Source of the DNA: Neoconidiobolus thromboides FSU 785
Taxonomy: Eukaryota; Fungi; Entomophthoromycota
Reading direction: 5' to 3'
NCBI GenBank assembly: GCA_025603075.1
Contig: MU626348.1
Location: 1 to 64,000, forward strand
Length of the DNA: 64,000 bases
The notes under the pieces are model-generated. The model worked only from the letters and a program-made list of their open reading frames with translations. It made no database searches and was not told the origin of the DNA. Positions 1 through 12,245 of this stretch are shown one piece after another. The position numbers and the translations under genes were made by a program. Numbering within the stretch: position 1 is the first letter of the stretch; every line of letters begins with the position of its first letter.

Positions 1-111
1 TGTAAAACTAACACTTTAGAAGATCCTAATTGTTCTTTATCTAATGAACCTTTCTTACTTATTTCCGACCACTTACTTTACTATAATGGTATATTTGGAG
101 GATTATGTTGA
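1..111 (+). CDS. 3' end of a class 3 (fungal triacylglycerol) lipase, truncated by the window edge
   Basis: Frame 1 reads CKTNTLEDPNCSLSNEPFLLISDHLLYYNGIFGGLC*, nearly identical to 2652-2762 and homologous to the C-termini of the lipases at 2825-3820 and 24345-25343. Confidence 0.85.
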   Translation, partial: CKTNTLEDPNCSLSNEPFLLISDHLLYYNGIFGGLC

Positions 112-523
112 TTTATACTAACTTGAACTAAAAACATTTATATTGCTATTTATAACTTTATAAACTCAGATTTGACTTATAGGATTACGTGTTATAAATA
201 CTGATTTTTAGCATAAATAGTTTATTTGACTGTAATTATGTTTCTGTTCCAAGTATAAATTTTTAAATTTTAAAAACTAATTAACATTGTATGTAATAAG
301 AATAAACTTTGTTTTTCGACTGTTTTTTTAAAATGCTAATTTTATTAAGCTTTAATATTAAACACTAAACTCAAAGTTGTTGTTACATTCAAGAAGATAT
401 AAATTAATTTTTAACTTATTACCTAATTAAAATATATTTATTTCAACAAGCTATAAATTTTTTAAAAATCGACCAAAATTTTAAAAGCTTATAACATGGT
501 TTTTCCTATAATTTATAAAATAT

Positions 524-619
524 GGGAATGTATTTTTGCATTTAAGAGTTTTACTAACAATTTTTCCACTCAAATAGTGCTTAAAAATGGAAAAAGCAAT
601 GAAGCCAAAAAACATCCCT
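524..619 (+). mobile_element. MITE family copy (orientation A)
   Basis: GGGAATGTATTTTTG...AAAAAACATCCCT with the family core; flanked by ATAT/ATAT. Confidence 0.9.
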
Positions 620-765
620 ATATAATTTTTTCATATTTGATTAGCCTTGTCTATCATTGCATTTTATTTTTTGACTTTAAAGCATCCAAATGTTATTGAC
701 ATTTAAATATTTTATAAATCATACATAGTTTTTCCAAAGTTCTGTTCTATCAAATGTAAATATAT

Positions 766-861
766 GGGAGTGTTTTTTTGACTTCATTATTTTTTCCATT
801 TTTAAGCGCTACTTAAGCGGAAAAATTGTTAATAAAATCCTTAAACACAAAATACATCCCC
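766..861 (-). mobile_element. MITE family copy (orientation B)
   Basis: GGGAGTGTTTTTTTG...CAAAATACATCCCC; ATAT/ATAT TSD. Confidence 0.9.
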
Positions 862-935
862 ATATCTTTATTGAATATAAACCTTTATTTTGAAAGTAGG
901 TTTGAGTGAATTTTATCAAAAAACAAACACTAGAT

Positions 936-1033
936 GTGAGTGTTTTTTTATTTTTATCACTTTTTTCATTTTTCAAGCGCTATTTAAGTAGAATAACCGT
1001 TAGTAAAGTTCTCGAACAAAAAGATATATCTTC
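936..1033 (-). mobile_element. Degenerate MITE copy
   Basis: Core TTTTCAAGCGCTATTTAAGTAGAA...GTTAGTAAAGTTCT is recognisable; termini are eroded. Confidence 0.75.
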
Positions 1034-1774
1034 AAATATTCTCAAGAGCTATATTAAAAATAGCAATTTCATATCAGAGAATTACCAGAAACTATATATA
1101 CTCAAAACCTTATTTTCATACATTTTTTAATTTATATAATAAAACATTAATAAACCAAGTTATTTAAGGATAAATTTCATTAATTAGTTAATTAATATTA
1201 GCAACCTTGTGGCCTTACAATCCAATGTAAACTCCATTATTGACTTATACAAAAATCCGATATTCTATTATATTTTTATATAGAACTGTTTCATTTTATT
1301 AAATTCAAATACTGCATGTGTGTCTAGATTATGGTATTGTATCCTAAAAATAAATCGTTGCTATATCAACTTTGATTAAAATTCCACAGTTATCCTAATT
1401 TATTTTGACTTATATGAGTCCTTAACCTTTGATATTAAAGCCTAACATTAATAATCAATGTTCACGTTATGCTTCAGATTAATGTTTAACTTTAACACCA
1501 GTTACATTGTTTGTGTTATTAATTTAACACGCGTGCATGTAATACACATCTTAGATGTCAAATCTACTTATTACTATTCTTTTGTTGAAACGGTTCACTC
1601 AAATATAGAAATTTCATTAAATTTTTTGAATAAATTAGTTAAAAAGGAACAGATGTCAGCACTAAATTTGGCAGGAAATACATTTGAATACAAAGAACAA
1701 AGAGAGAACAGCTATAGCGAGATTGATATAAATTAATTCAATAGACAAAAAAGAGTTCAAAAAACTTCCTCTAA

Positions 1775-2762
1775 ATGTTTAAATCAATTGGTATTTCATT
1801 ATTATTGATCCAGAGTTTGACTGGTCAAACTACAATCCAAGGCAATAATGATGAGCGCTTACCTGATGTTACAAATGATCCTAATTTAGCTGCAATGATT
1901 GCTGGGTTAAAAGAAATCAAAAACAATTACCTAGATAAAAAACCAACCAACTTTCGTGGTTTCACAGGGTCAAATTTAAAGTCTAGTACTCCAGAAGAAG
2001 CTCAAAGAGTTTCTAGTTTTGCTGGTGCAGCTTATTGCTCTACTCATACATTAACAAGTTGGAAGTGTAATCATTGTGAAAGAATAGGAGCAGGTATCCA
2101 AGTTAAACATATTTTTGAAGACCTTTTTACAGGAGGTAGAGGTTTCTTAGCTTTAGATGAAGCTAAGAAGCAGATTATTGTATCATTTAGAGGCAGTTAT
2201 AATATACAAAATTGGGTCGGCAATGCNNNNNNNNNNNNNNNNNNNNNNNNNNNNNNNNNNNNNNNNNNNNNNNNNNNNNNNNNNNNNNNNNNNNNNNNNN
2301 NNNNNNNNNNNNNNNNNNNNNNNNNNNNNNNNNNNNNNNNNNNNNNNNNNNNNNNNNNNNNNNNNNNNNNNNNNNNNNNNNNNNNNNNNNNNNNNNNNNN
2401 NNNNNNNNNNNNNNNNNNNNNNNNNNNNNNNNNNNNNNNNNNNNNNNNNNNNNNNNNNNNNNNNNNNNNNNNNNNNNNNNNNNNNNNNNNNNNNNNNNNN
2501 NNNNNNNNNNNNNNNNNNNNNNNNNNNNNNNNNNNNNNNNNNNNNNNNNNNNNNNNNNNNNNNNNNNNNNNNNNNNNNNNNNNNNNNNNNNNNNNNNNNN
2601 NNNNNNNNNNNNNNNNNNNNNNNNNNNNNNNNNNNNNNNNNNNNNNNNNNNTGTAAAACTAACACTTTAGAAGATCCTAATTGTTCTTTATCTAATGAAC
2701 CTTTCTTACTTATTTCCGACCACTTACTTTACTATAATGGTATATTAGGAGGATTGTGTTAG
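1775..2762 (+). CDS. Secreted class 3 lipase; catalytic middle hidden in the N gap
   Basis: Signal peptide, AAYC, IIVSFRGS and QNWVGN before the gap; CKTNTLEDPNC...DHLLYY...GGLC* after it. The distance from the Asn codon of GN to the Cys codon is 430 nt here and 429 nt in the intact paralog at 24345. Confidence 0.85.
2227..2651. other. Assembly gap (425 N)
   Basis: Run of n characters. Confidence 1.
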
Positions 2763-2824
2763 GCAAATAAACATTTTGAGATTTAAAAAAATCGTAATTT
2801 ATTAAAAAGTTTTTATTATTTATT

Positions 2825-3820
2825 TTAACAGCCAGAACCCATTTCATTTCCAAAATATTTCAAATGATCACCAGCAGATAAGAAAAATAACTGAGATACC
2901 GAACAACTTTTATCCTCAAGTTCATTTGTTTTACAGACAGTAATTTTATCATCCCATAAATAAATTTCGTTATTGATATGATGATATAATGTCGCCCTTG
3001 CTGGATTATGCGGAACGATATCTCTTTTATTCACTACTCTAGCAACGGTTAGCGTTTGAGTATCAAACCATTCGGCGAATTCTTTACTTCCAACTCTAGG
3101 CTGTCCATAAGTGTATAACTCTATATTATCCCAACTTAAATTAAATTTGTCACGTATTTCAATAGCAGCTAAGTTAGCAATGGCTCCGCCTAATGAATGT
3201 CCAGTGACAATAAGTTTATATTCTGGATGCGCATTTAATAATTTTTCAAGTTGGGGATTAAAAGAGTTTTGTAAAGCATGAAGAGCATCCAAAAAACCAC
3301 CATGGACATGAAATTTAACTGGCGAGCCTTGATTTGGAATACTATACTCTTGTTGAAATATACCGATATTACTAAGCCAATTTTGTATATTGGCTGAACC
3401 ACGAAACGATATAATAATTTGCTTTTTGAGATCATCTAGTGCCAAATAACCTCTCCCTCCTTTATCAGCTTCCTCAAAGATATGTACAAGCTTGACATCA
3501 CCACCTAATTTTTGACAATGGTTACATTTCCATTGACTTAGATTCTCATGAGAACAATAAGCAGCTCCAGCAAGTAGAGTTATCCTTTTTGCTTCTTCAA
3601 CGCTGGCAGCCTTTAAATTAGTGGTAACAGCAGAGCGAAAGCTTCTACTGATTGATTTATCAATAGGTTTATCTTTTAATTCCTCTAAACCTTGAACAAA
3701 ATTTGATAAATATTGGTCATTTTGAGTAGTTGGTAAATACTCAGAACCTTTTTTGCCTTGAGTATATTGACCAGCAATACATTGAAGTAATAAAAATGAT
3801 AAAGTAAGAAGTTTGTACAT
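2825..3820 (-). CDS. Secreted class 3 lipase (331 aa)
   Basis: Signal peptide; SFRGS, VHGGF, GHSLGG nucleophile elbow, YGQPRVG, DIVPH and C-terminal DHL; intronless. Confidence 0.95.
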   Translation of the reverse strand: MYKLLTLSFLLLQCIAGQYTQGKKGSEYLPTTQNDQYLSNFVQGLEELKDKPIDKSISRSFRSAVTTNLKAASVEEAKRITLLAGAAYCSHENLSQWKCNHCQKLGGDVKLVHIFEEADKGGRGYLALDDLKKQIIISFRGSANIQNWLSNIGIFQQEYSIPNQGSPVKFHVHGGFLDALHALQNSFNPQLEKLLNAHPEYKLIVTGHSLGGAIANLAAIEIRDKFNLSWDNIELYTYGQPRVGSKEFAEWFDTQTLTVARVVNKRDIVPHNPARATLYHHINNEIYLWDDKITVCKTNELEDKSCSVSQLFFLSAGDHLKYFGNEMGSGC

Positions 3821-4427
3821 TTTTTCAAAAAATATAGTTTAAGTGCTAATCAGTAAATCGCTTTCTTTTATAAAGTCGCTGTTCCAATTATGAAATATAT
3901 TAAAATTATTATATCGATGTTTTTAGAGTAACTTTACTTTTTTGAGCGTTTATATTATATTTGCTTTTAATTTTTCGTAGTATATTTATAACTGTAAATA
4001 CCATATTTGTATGTTATTTCATACATTTTTAATTAACTTCTTAACCAATAACTAAAACTTTTCTATAAAATAGGATTTATAAAATGAGTGAAAAAATTAA
4101 GAATGTTTAAATAGTTTAAAACTTTATCTTAACAAGCAGCTATTTATAATTCTTAGTTTATCTGATTATTAAATAAAAATTAACACTTTATTTCTTACAT
4201 GTGGTAATAAGAGAACAAACGATGTTAAAGTACTAGGACCAAGAAATGAAAAACTAATATTATTTTTGGTTTTTTATCTATTTTGATTTTTATAAATTAG
4301 TAAATTCAAAACAACTTAGTATTTCTAATATCAATTATCTTTGAAAATAAAACATCTAGTTAAGATTTCTATTTTAAAATTTCAAAACAATGAATTCAAC
4401 TTATCTCTAAACTAAACACAACGATAT

Positions 4428-4525
4428 GGGGATGTATTTTTTCGTTTAAGAATTTTACTAAGAATTTTTCTATTCAAATAGCGCTTAAAAAATGGAAAAG
4501 TAATGGAATCAAAAAAAACATCCCC
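4428..4525 (+). mobile_element. MITE family copy
   Basis: GGGGATGTATTTT...AAAACATCCCC; flanks ATAT/GTAT. Confidence 0.9.
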
Positions 4526-4662
4526 GTATAGTTAATTTGAAGCTAGAAAATTATATCAAATAACGTTTATTTGATATACTTAATAAAGAAAAGTAAGTAT
4601 TTTAGTTTATTAATTATTTTACTTAAAACCAAAGAAAATTTACAGAATCAAAAGCAATATAT

Positions 4663-4760
4663 GGGGATGTGTTTTTTTGTTTGAGAATTTTGCTAACAAT
4701 CTTTCCACTCAAATAGCACTTAAAAAGAGAAAAAGTAATGAAGTCAAAAAAAACATCCCT
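4663..4760 (+). mobile_element. MITE family copy
   Basis: GGGGATGTGTTTT...AAAACATCCCT; ATAT/ATAT. Confidence 0.9.
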
Positions 4761-5083
4761 ATATATTAGACTAAATTGTACTAATAATAGTATTGTGCTT
4801 AAAAATGGTAATTAGATACATGGTTAATAAATAATGTATTTAACTGGGATCTAAATATGCAATAAAAATTTTAATAAAACATTACATCTAATATATGTCC
4901 TATAGCTTATTGTATTAAATAAATTTATCAAAATATAACTTACTGATATATTAGATTAATGTAATCCGCTTAATCAAATAAAACATTCATATTGAAAACA
5001 CGATATCAAATAGTCTTTTATATCAACTATTTATTATAATTTAAAAAATAAGTAGAAACAAATTATCAATGAATAAACTAATA

Positions 5084-6621
5084 TCATCTTAGTTCCTCTG
5101 AAATAAGAGAATATTTTGCTAGTCTGTCATTGAGACTAATACTTTTGTCATCCATTGCTTTTAATTTCAATTGGATTTCTGCTATCTTATCATCAAAATT
5201 TTGAATTGAAGTTTGGTAAGGGAGAATACTATTTTCTAAATTGGACTTTTCAATTTCAAGTTGATCGCTTATATCATCTAAGCTTGGAATTGGCATTGCT
5301 TTAATATTATGTTGTTTAGATTTTAATTTTGCTTCTTGAATTTCTTTTAGTTTTTGTTTAATCTTTAAAAAATATAAATTTCTTGTTATTAATTTTATAA
5401 TATAATTTACCTTAGGATCTCCAATTGCTCGATTTAAATGCATCATTTCGAATTCTGTAAACTCCAAATCATCATTATCATTAAAATCCCTATAAAAATA
5501 TTACTTAATTGATAATGACGAGATATTTGAATTACATTTCTTGGATCGCCTGACTAATTTCCTTCTTTTCTTCTTTCAACAATGCTTCTTTCATGTCCCC
5601 TTTTCGAAGTTTAATATTTGGACCTAATATAGATTCCAATTCTATAATAAAATTAGAAATTATCTAAAACTTGTAGCTATAATACCTTCTGCTCCATCCC
5701 CAAATTCATCTTCCTCTCTTACTAATCCAGATTTTAGCTCTTTGTGAATATCATTATTATCCTTAAAAGTTATAGTTTAAACAAGTTAGGCATTTAAAAT
5801 ATTTACCTCCTCTAAACCTATAAATTCCTTAGTTAAAAATGGGTCCTCCTCTTCTTCGTCTATAACCTCTGTCCTTTTTTTTTCCCTTTGTCTCTTAGCT
5901 AATAACACTTCGTTTTGATCAGGTATAAAAGTTTCTAAAAAGATAAATAAAAGGATAATTTTAAATACTATTCAATTACCTTTAAATTCAGAGAAGTCTT
6001 CGAGTTCATTGATTCTATTTAAATTTTTAATTGCTTCGTTATTAAGTTCATTCTGTTCTTGTTTCAACTTTTCTAAGTTTTCAAGTGAGTAGCTATTTTC
6101 GACAATGTGATTATCAGCTTTGCTATTAAAAATTAAAATTTAGCTTAATTATTTTAAAAGAGGATTTACTCTTCCAATCCCTCTAATTGACCAAAGTAAA
6201 GTTTCTTTATATTTCTACTATTTTTGCTTTTCTTTTGTTGAAATTCTGGCTCTGCTGTTTCTTCCTAATAAAATTAATAAATTTACTTGATTCAACTAGA
6301 AAATTATTTTACATCTTCAAAACTAAAAACAGTCTTCGTTTTGTCTTTTTGTCTTTTTTTTGAATCTAAAATAATTAATCAATCTTTTATTAATAAAGTT
6401 AAATTACTGCTGTCAATTTGATCAATCTTTACATTATTGATTTCTATTGTTAAATCTTCAAATTTCTCCCTTGTGATTGCATCCTCTGCTTCTATTTCTA
6501 TATCATTTTTTGACTCTTTAATTTCATTTAGTTCACCATTAGATTCCTCTTTCTTTAGAGTATCTATGTCTACCGACTTTTTTCTTATATTCGTTCGATT
6601 TATTGCCCTTTTTTTAAACAT
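5084..6621 (-). CDS. NTR2: Multi-exon NTR2/GCFC-like spliceosome disassembly factor
   Basis: Basic N-terminus MFKKRAINRTNIRKK; exons encode IPDQNEVLLAKRQREKK and KSGLVREEDEFGDGAE, which resemble the NTR2-domain motifs IP..AEI..KK.RR and RLVREDDELGEG; coiled-coil C-terminus. Short GT-AG introns, e.g. an in-frame 48-nt intron at 5363-5410. Exon boundaries only partly traced. Confidence 0.65.
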
Positions 6622-6788
6622 GATGCTAAAAGTAAAATTGGATAGTTTTAGATATTAAGAAAAATTAAAAAAAGTTTTTAATTCGTTAAATACAACTATT
6701 TTGAAAACGTAGTTGCTTTATTTCAAATCAATTTATTTCATCTTTAGCCAAAAAATTTGTTGATTTGTCTTTAAGAGAATACGGCGTA
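6622..6788. promoter_or_regulatory. Probable bidirectional promoter
   Basis: Only 167 nt separate the divergent ATGs of the NTR2-like gene (6621) and MED27 (6789). Confidence 0.55.
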
Positions 6789-7583
6789 ATGGATATAGAT
6801 TTAAATAAACACCATGGTAGTGATAACGATGATGACAAAAAATCACACAATCAAGAAAATATGGATGATGATATAAAAATGGAACCTAAGCCTGTTAAGG
6901 TGATATCAGGTGCTGCTAAGCTATTAAGATTTAAACAAGTGTTTACAAAAGTAGGTTTATTTAAAAATTCGCTAATATCCAAATAATGATTTAAATTAAG
7001 TTACAACAAACACGTCAATCTTTCGCCAATTGTGTTGCAGCAGTTACGTCATTTGAAAACTCAAATAGAAATGGTAAACTTATAAACAATATTAACAAAT
7101 GGCTTATTATTTGATTAGATGCTAGAGATTTAAAATTAAAAGTTAGAGAGACCAAAGCCGATTTAAAAGAGTTTAAAAAATTATGTAAACAAAATTCAGG
7201 TAAAAAATTTATATTCTAAATATATCGATTTTAATATTATATAATAGAACTTGTTGCAGAAAGCGAGACGAATTATAACCCACATGGATCTTTATTTATC
7301 GGAATTAAGAGGAAGATGTAAGGATTCTTGCACACTTTTCACTTTGAAGTAATATTATTTTTAGACCTTCTCAAGATGAATTTTCCCAAGCTCCATTAAA
7401 AGTATATAGAGATGTAGATGAGATTCTAAAAGAAAGTGATAATAACCACTCTACATTGTAACTATATTAGTATAACTTTATATGTTTTTTTAAAGCTTTA
7501 GGGATACGACTTTAATGCACATTAAAGAAAAAGTAAAATTGGCTAAGATCCTTGAGAAAAGCGTGAAGGAGGAAAGAAAGTAT

Positions 7584-7646
<63 letters not shown>

Positions 7647-8344
7647 TTTGTTTATTTATTCAATTTTTACCAGGCCACTTTCCGATTTAAATAGAATTAT
7701 CGAATCATTTACTAGAAAACATCGAGACTTAGAAATCCCAGCTGGTGCTGTATTAGCTAGCGACAATATTTCACAAACTTACCAATCCATTGATGTAAAT
7801 AGTTTAAATAATTATATATATATTATAATCAAAAATTTTAGTTTACTATTATTGGAATATTAAAAGCAGTAATTTTATTAAAAGATGTTCCAGGCGTACG
7901 TCGCCAAATTTTAAAGATAACTTTCTTTAAACAATTCGAATCTGTAATCATTTTCGTATTAAATTTGTATCATATTAATTTTTTAGGCTGGGGAAGAAAA
8001 TGCTTCGGATATGCTACTGTTTCAACAAATGACTAGATTGGCTATTCACCAAGCTCCTTACCCTATTAACGTTCCCACCACATTTTCACCAGTTTATTCG
8101 GATCCATTACCCTATTTATTTGTATGTTTTTATTTTATTTTGTCTTATGCTAGATGGTAACTGAATTAATAATTAGGAATACCTCCGTAGCTTCTCTGAC
8201 CTTTATGAGGCTCCTTGTACTGAATGCAAAAAAGTTTTGAGATTTTTTCCAGGACCCCAGCCTTCCTTTTTCCCACCCTTCGTTAGGGTTTATAATAGAG
8301 AAGATGACATCTTCCTTCCTTATCATCCTGCTTGCTGCAAATAA
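6789..8344 (+). CDS. MED27: Mediator subunit 27, multi-exon
   Basis: The last exon encodes EYLRSFSDLYEAPCTECKKVL...PPFVR...YHPACCK*. This matches the metazoan MED27 C-terminal signature (WLRSYIKLFQAPCQRCGK...PPTWR...FHDTC) with its CxxC...HxxC motif. Upstream exons are bounded by GT-AG introns. Confidence 0.75.
7581..7660. repeat. (TTTA)n microsatellite, ~20 units, inside a MED27 intron
   Basis: tatttatttattt... run with one G interruption; the intron spans about 7580-7673 (GT...CAG). Confidence 0.95.
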
Positions 8345-8632
8345 TCTCCATTCTAGCCTCTAGTATTTTAGTTTGCATCAATGAAATATTTAATTTATCA
8401 AATTTTATAACTATTTTTATTTTGTAGATTATTGAAATCCTATATTTGCTAACAACAAAATTGACTATTATAAATTATCCTATCTTCAATCTAAATGCTT
8501 GTAAACTTGCTAATTAGCTAAAAATGGTAAATGAAAAAATCTGATCCAAAATCATACATAATCCCATAATAACAAGCCCTCAAATAGAGTAACTATTATA
8601 GAGCAGAAACAAAGTTATTCATAAAGTTTGAA

Positions 8633-10990
8633 ATGAGTGGACAAAACGTTCAAGTTCATCGCTGTCAGTTTACTGATTTAAAAAGTGGGAGTATATCAGC
8701 AATAGCTATTAACAATGAGCAAAAAAAGTTAGCTTGCGCGAGAGAAGATGGTAGTATAGAAATTTACAGTTTAGGCAAAAAGAATTATTTAGAAAAAGTA
8801 ATAATTTTTTTTAAGATTTGATATAGATTAATGTCTTATTAGAGGATACCTGGACAAAGTCAACACCCCATTACAAAATTAGAGTTTTATTTCGATGATG
8901 AATTAAGGTTAATCTCAACAACTTTAACTGGGTTAGTAGTAGAATATTCATTAAAAGAATTAAGAGTCAAAAGATACATTTATTCTGAAGGAAGCGCAGT
9001 TTGGTGCAGCAAAATATATAAAGAAAAAATGGCTATCGGATGTGAAGATGGGAGCATTAAAATTATTGACTTGGAAAATGGGTTAGAAATAGTGAAAAGT
9101 TTTCAGATAAGATTGCGTACTAAATTTATATTTTAAAATGAACACAAGTTTATTTATTTTTAGGTAGGATATTATCTATTGATTGGTCTAAAGATGGAAG
9201 CTTCTTGTTTGTGGGTAACGATGCTAACACAATTGAAAAAGTCGACTCAAATAACGGTAAATACCTTCTTTTTACCAATTGAAATATTATAACATTTGTA
9301 GGTAATATAATGTTAAGTATGAAGGTAGAAATAGGAATCAAATTTAAAGAAAGTTATGTTTGGTGTCTTTCAATGCTAAAGTAAAATATTGAACTTAAAT
9401 AATTAATGATTAAACTAATTATTTAGTGATAATATGCTAGCAAGTGGTGATTCTAAAGGGAATGTGACAATTTTTGAAACTGATTTTGGTACTGTTTTGA
9501 ATACTTTTCGTTGTCATGAATCTGATGTATTATGCTTAACTAGTAATAAAGTAAGTAGTAGATGCTCTAATTTAACCTCTATTAATGTTTTTAGAATGGA
9601 ACAGAGCTTTATTCAGCTGGTGTGGATTCTAAGATCAATAAATTTATTTGTAATAGAACGAACGGGTTAGCTAATTGGGAAATTCAATCTTATCGTAGAT
9701 TTCATGACCATGATACTAAGGCATTGGCCATATTTGAAAATGAACAATATCAGTTATTTTCAGGAGGTAAAAATGGTTCTAATTTAATACTATCATATAT
9801 TTAATTTTATAGGTTTGGATATGAAATTATCATACGTTAATTTAAATAGTTTTTCATTTACAAAATATCACTCATTTAATCATTTTTCATTCCCTGGCCC
9901 GATTCAATTAACTAAAAATGGATTAGTAGCATCAATGTACTCTGACCACATTAAAATTTGGAAATTAGGAAAAGGTATGGTTTAATTTAATGACATGTTA
10001 TTTTAATTTTAATATTTGTTTACAAAGCCAATAATAGTAATACCAATAATAAAGTGGTAGGCGAAGTATTACCACTAGAAGAAGATTATGAAGAGAAAGT
10101 TGACTTTTATGTTGAAGTAATATTATTAAATATAATTTAGGAATTTCTCATTTTTCTATAATTAGGGGTATCATAATATATTGACTTATGCTATATCAAA
10201 TAATGGTAAATATATAGCAATATCAGATGTTAGTAACATGAGATTATGTGAAATAGTTGAAGAAAACAACCAATTAAAAATTAATAAAGTAGAAGCTTTC
10301 CCACCAAAAGCATACTTTTCACAAGTCCAAAAAGGATATTCCAGCCCAAAATTGATGATATTGTCCAATAATGAACTTATATTATGCAATTTAAAAGACG
10401 AAATATTTTTATTTAGATTAAATAATCTAAATAAATTTATTAAAATCCCAAATAAGCAAACTAATATAACTCGTATGTTATTATCAGATAATAATAATTT
10501 ATTAGTTATAGTGAATGAAGATCGAAACATAAATGTTTATGATATTAATAAGAATGAATTGATTTTTACACATGAGGAAACAGACCCAATTAGTTCTCTA
10601 TTGTTTATAAATAATGAGCTTATCATATGTAGCCATAACTGGCAAACAAAAACAATTGATGTTAAACAAGGAGCATTATCCACTGAACAATATATTAATC
10701 CCAGCATTAGTATTGTTGGTCATAATGAACGATTAAATATACCTCAATTATCAAAATTACCTAATAACAAAGGTGTTTTAATTTATGACTCCAACAATTA
10801 TTGTACGTTATCGAAAAAGGATAATCCTAAACTCACTAGATTTAACTTTGAGCCATTAACCTTTGCAGGCTTCTTCAATAACCAATTAGTTGTTGTTGAA
10901 CCGATTTACAAAAATATATTCTCAAGCTTACCGCCAGCATTTAAATCTAAAGTTTATGCTGGAGATCAGAAAAAGAGAGTTAGAGTTTAA
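8633..10990 (+). CDS. UTP4: U3 snoRNP/SSU processome WD40 protein UTP4 (cirhin), multi-exon
   Basis: N-terminus VHRCQF.D...SI.AIA, WD repeats (LASGDSKGNVTIFE, HESDVLCL, RRFHDHDTKALA) and C-terminal LPPAFKSKVY, typical of Utp4. Split by about 10 short GT-AG introns. Confidence 0.9.
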
Positions 10991-11881
10991 ATTTAAAATA
11001 AATTTTATAGAGATAATTTTATATTTATTCTTTTTTTAATTTCGATCATTCATCAAATTTATTAAAGTAACTATGTATCTATTACTATTTTACTTAAATT
11101 TATAATATTAGTTGAATTTCTATAAAAATATGTACAATAAACAAATATTGTTAAATTAGATCAATTCCGAACCTTACTGTTTGAATTGAAAAACAAATTC
11201 AATTCCTATAAAACATTAATATTAATATGCTCCATTTAATTATCTATAAACTAATCAAGTCATTTGATTCTAGAATATATTAATGATTAAATTCAATATC
11301 AATTTACTGATAAAAAGAGTTGTTAATTTTTTATATAGAACTATTCTTAGCCTTATACTTTTCTCAAAATGGCAATGAGTTCTGAGATTTTGAAATGAAA
11401 TTTCATCAAATTTTTTTTCCTAAATAATTGTTTAATTTGTAAAAATGAATAAAAAACTCTGCTGCATTTATGAATTAGCATCGTCTAGAACCTAAAATAA
11501 TTAATAGGACTCTTCATATCAATTCCTCATACCATTAATAATAAAATTACAAAATATCAACTGGATTAATAAATAGATCTTAAGTATTCTATGTTTTCAT
11601 TTGATAACTTCTTATTCGCTATGAAGTTAATATGGAAATACTCTTTACTTTTAGGAATAAAAATTCAGTACTTATACCATTACAATATCCAGTTCATATG
11701 GTAATTTAGATTGTAGTATGTTAAACCTGTGTTGGTTTATATATGTTATAAGGATCTCAAATATTTTGAATTAGTCAATATTAGTTACATTTGGTATCTA
11801 AAGCTTTTATTTTACTTTTCCAAAACTCTTGATAACTTTATATTAGTTCAAGCTATCTACCACTCTTTTAGTTCAGAACAT

Positions 11882-11978
11882 GGGGATGTTTTTTTTGATT
11901 TTATTACTTTTCCATTTTCAAGCGCTATTTAAGTAGAAAGATTGTTAGTAAAATTCTTAAACAAAAAAATACGTCTCC
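11882..11978 (-). mobile_element. MITE family copy with ACAT TSD
   Basis: acat|GGGGATGTTTTT...ATACGTCTCC|acat. Confidence 0.9.
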
Positions 11979-12245
11979 ACATGTTTAAATAAGATTCAGG
12001 GAAGCTTTATAATTCGATACGAAAAAGACATAATCTTAAAAAATTCAAAGAATAACTAACAATAAAACCATTCCATTCTATAAAAAAGTAAAAGGAGATT
12101 GTAATATCAATAAAACGGCTAAAACGAAGTTTAAATTTTATAAAAAATATATATCAAAGTATAACTTAATATAAAAAGTAAAACGACAAATAAAAGTTAA
12201 ACTCTGGTATTAAATTGTAGATATATTAAATATAGAAAGATGATA

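Noticed and set aside
2157-2762. ORFs 2157-2762, 2183-2665 and 2212-2670
   Set aside because: Artefacts of translating through the N gap.
11504-11533. Minus-strand V*GIDMKSP resembling the integrase WGIDxxGP motif
   Set aside because: A single short motif with no downstream D...D-35-E residues recognisable; chance is likely.
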